From contig CM052832.1 in NCBI GenBank assembly GCA_028534125.1, forward strand, positions 18,478,001 to 18,542,000: a DNA stretch of 64,000 nt, given 5' to 3'. The position numbers were made by a program, and so were the translations under genes. Below the pieces are notes generated by a model. The model did no database searches. It was not told where the DNA came from and saw nothing but the letters and a program-made list of their open reading frames with translations. Positions 60,960 through 64,000 of the stretch are shown here, piece by piece (the stretch's first letter is position 1; every line of letters starts with the position of its first letter). The DNA is from Lama glama. Lineage: Eukaryota.

Positions 60960-63900
60960 AAGACTTCTGAATCTGAGAACATAGTCATTAAAGGTGTTAT
61001 ATGTACAGGATATATAATAGGATAAATACAAAGAAAACCACACCTAGTCTTGTCAGAGCAAAACTGCCAAAAAAGAGAGAGGTCTCCTAAAAAGAGCCTT
61101 ATGCAAAGGCATATTACTTTCAAGGAGCAATAAGAATACTGACATCTGCCTTCTCAACAGAAACTATGAAATCTAGAAGGCAATCCCTAATATGTAAACA
61201 AACAAATAAAAACCACTGTTAACCTTGAAGGCTGTGTCTAGGAAAAGTTTACTTCAAGAATTAAGGTAATATAAAAATATTTTCAGGCAAACTGTGAGAA
61301 TTCATTAGCAACAGATCTCCAGTGAAAGAATTATTAAATGAGAATTCTTCAGGCAAAAATAAAATAATCACAGATGAAGCACAGAGGTGTAGGAACAAAT
61401 GAAGAGAGATGGAGAGGGAAAATATTAGAGTAAATCTAATAATTACTGAATTCACACACAAAAACAGTAACACCCTATATGGTATAAATATATATGTAAG
61501 TTTAAATGCACAACAGTAAATAGCACAAAAGATGAGAGGGAATAAATGAATTTAAGTGTCCTAAGATGCTTTCATTAATTGGAGTTTTTAAAACATTAAC
61601 TTGTATTAGACTATAATAAGTCAAGGATACATATTACCTGTAAGGTAACTACTGAGGGCTAATAAAAGTAAAAAGAGAGTGATATTTTTTAAATTAATGA
61701 GAAAGGAATAAAAACGGATATAGAATAGGTGGGAAAAAGTGGAATGATGATCATATTAAGTCAAATGTATCAGAAAAACATGAAATATAAAAGAACTGAA
61801 TATTCCAAATTGTAAGTTAATCTGGATTGAAATAAAAGTAAAACCAAAATGTAATAGATTAAATGTAAAATAAATTAAAATAGATCAGACAGTGTAGACT
61901 TTAAGGCAAGATACATTACTACAGATAAAGAATATTTTATAATTAATACATAAGAAGTTATTTCTATGCATCTAACATTTTACAACCATAAAGCAAAATT
62001 TGAGAAAATTGTTAAACTTCCACAGAGGATTGAGCAGTTTGTGTATGACTGACATTCCAGCTGGGGAAAAACTTGAAAAGATCAGATAAAATATTATAAG
62101 TATTCACTGAAAGGAATCAGACAGCAGCAGAAACCAATAAGACCAAAGACATCGGAAGCTTACATCTTGGAGAGGTGAGCTGACAATCCCTCCACTTCTT
62201 CTCTGGGGCCTGAAAATTGGCAAAAGGCTGATAATCCAGGTTTGACCCTGGTAGAAGCCTGCTGCTCTGGACAGAGAAATTAGCCAACCATTTGGCAGTT
62301 GCACAGGGCTAGCATGGCAAAATTTGAAATTAAGGGAATTTAAACACCAAGTCAGTTTCTCTCCTGGAGATGTTTGTTGAATTCTGAAGTTCAATAGGGT
62401 AAGAGGCAAAAAAAAAAAAAATTAAGCTAAAAATCTGTAAGAAACATGGCAGAATTTCCCATACCATCTATGCTAAGGAAAGAAGATCTACCACGGCCTG
62501 GAGGGACCCAGCTGAATATACTGAGCTCTCTACTTAACAACATGAAGGGCTATACCCAAGGAATGGGGATGGGGGATACCAGAGATAAACTGAGTCCTTT
62601 CAAAATTGAAACCTAGTCTCTTCTCAGTTCATCCCCTGATTAAGTTAAAGTGATCACTTTCCTCCCCTCCAAATTTAACTATTAGAGAAAACAGTAAATC
62701 TTTTCTGGCAAAATATAGTATATTCTAAAGTCTTTGTAGCTTCTTATTCACAATGTGCAGCATTAATAAAATTACTAGGCATGCCAAGGGACAGGACCAT
62801 GTGACCAGTACCATAAAATGCCATTAGAAATAGTCCTACAACTGATACAGATATTAAAGTTATCAGGCAAGAAGTATCTATGATTAATAGACCCAAGAAA
62901 CCAGGGGGAAAACTGAAGAAAATAGATGAAAGGGTAAACAATTTGACCAGCATTGAAATCTATTTAAAAAAATCAAATGAAAGTTCTAGAACTGAAAAAA
63001 AAAGTCTGAAATTAGATCTTAATAGATAGATAGGTTTAATGATAAATTAGCTACAGGAGAAGACAGGATTGGTAAACTAGAAAACATTAACAAAATCTAG
63101 GTTAAAGTATATATAGTAAAAGAATAGAAAAGAAAGAAAAGAAAGCAACAGAAACATGGAATTAATTGAAAAGGCTAATAAATCTGTTTAAGTCTCAGAA
63201 GGAAAGGAGAGATAAAATGTGACATAAACAATATTTTAACAGAAGGCCCCCCAAAACCCCAAAAGTAATGAAAGTTAGCAAACCACACATGCACACAGCT
63301 CTGTGAATTTCAACCACGATAAAATGTAAATTTAAAAAATTAATATATATAGTAAGAATGCTGAAAACCAAGAGCCAAAAATAACTAGAAAAATCTGAAA
63401 AGGAACCAGAGGGAAAAGACATCTTACTTGCAAGTAGCAATAGTAAGCCTGACATCTGACTTTTCAACAGAAACTATGAAAGCTAGAAGATAATGAAATA
63501 AGCTCTATAAACTGCTAAAAAGTAAATGCCAACCTAGAATTTTATGCCTAGTGAAAATATTCTTCAAAAATCAAAGCAAAATAAAAAAAGTTTTCAGACA
63601 AACAGGCAAACAGCGAAATTGCCACCAGATCTTCACTAAAAGAAATACTAAAAGGAAATTTTCAGCCAAAAATAAATTATCCCTGATGAAACCTGAAAAA
63701 CAAGACAGACTGAGGAGCAATAGTGGGGTAAATATGCATATAATTAAGAGACTATTGTCTTTAAAAACAGAGTACCTTGTGAGTTGAAATGCATATAGAT
63801 ATAAAAGGCACTAAGAAATGAAAATACAGGATGAAATAATGCAAAGAGAAGGAGGGAGATACATAGAGTTAAAAAAAGTTTTATTCCAGCATTATAGAGA

Positions 63901-64000
63901 ACATAGTAAAAGTATAAACTTCAGTGAAGAGTGCATGTTATAATATCTTCAGTGCTGAAAAAATAATGAAATAATGTCATAGAAGGAAAAATGAAATGAA
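60960..64000 (+). mobile_element. Old L1/HAL1-type 5' and ORF1-region fragments
   Basis: A-rich + strand; ctgacatctgccttctcaacagaaactatgaa (61140) and ctgacatctgacttttcaacagaaactatgaa (63449) are ORF1 C-terminal-like. Confidence 0.6.

Noticed and set aside
57402..64000. Loss of the last SLC17A1 exons
   Set aside because: The window simply ends inside a repeat-rich intron; absence here is not evidence of loss
1..64000. CRISPR arrays, tRNA/rRNA genes, operon-like or prokaryotic systems
   Set aside because: None seen; the sequence is intron-containing mammalian DNA and repeated segments are explained by L1, LTR and microsatellite copies

Overview
Mammalian genomic DNA, probably a camelid (inferred from the young L1 3' ends and the absence of recognisable ruminant, pig or primate SINEs). 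It covers the SLC17A2-SLC17A3-SLC17A1 organic anion/phosphate/urate transporter (NPT) cluster, all on the + strand. The window holds the last seven coding exons of SLC17A2 (1235-6214, frame intact) and the 5' end of SLC17A3 (putative non-coding exon 1 near 24.1 kb, coding exons at 30266-30356 and 33704-33915). A 500-N scaffold gap follows at 33967-34466, and no further SLC17A3 exons appear after it. SLC17A1 runs from its putative promoter (~41 kb) through nine intact coding exons (42650-57401); its last exons lie beyond the window. The rest is intronic or intergenic and rich in L1, L2, MIR, LTR/ERV and hAT relics. Gene identities, exon numbering and repeat family names rest on manual translation and my recall of human proteins and repeat consensuses, not on database searches. 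I see no evidence of a wholly new biological system. The best leads are the missing 3' part of SLC17A3, an intron-read-through C-terminus of SLC17A2 (VGPVY*), unusual substitutions in SLC17A1, an HNF1/FOXA enhancer candidate and an L1 3' transduction.
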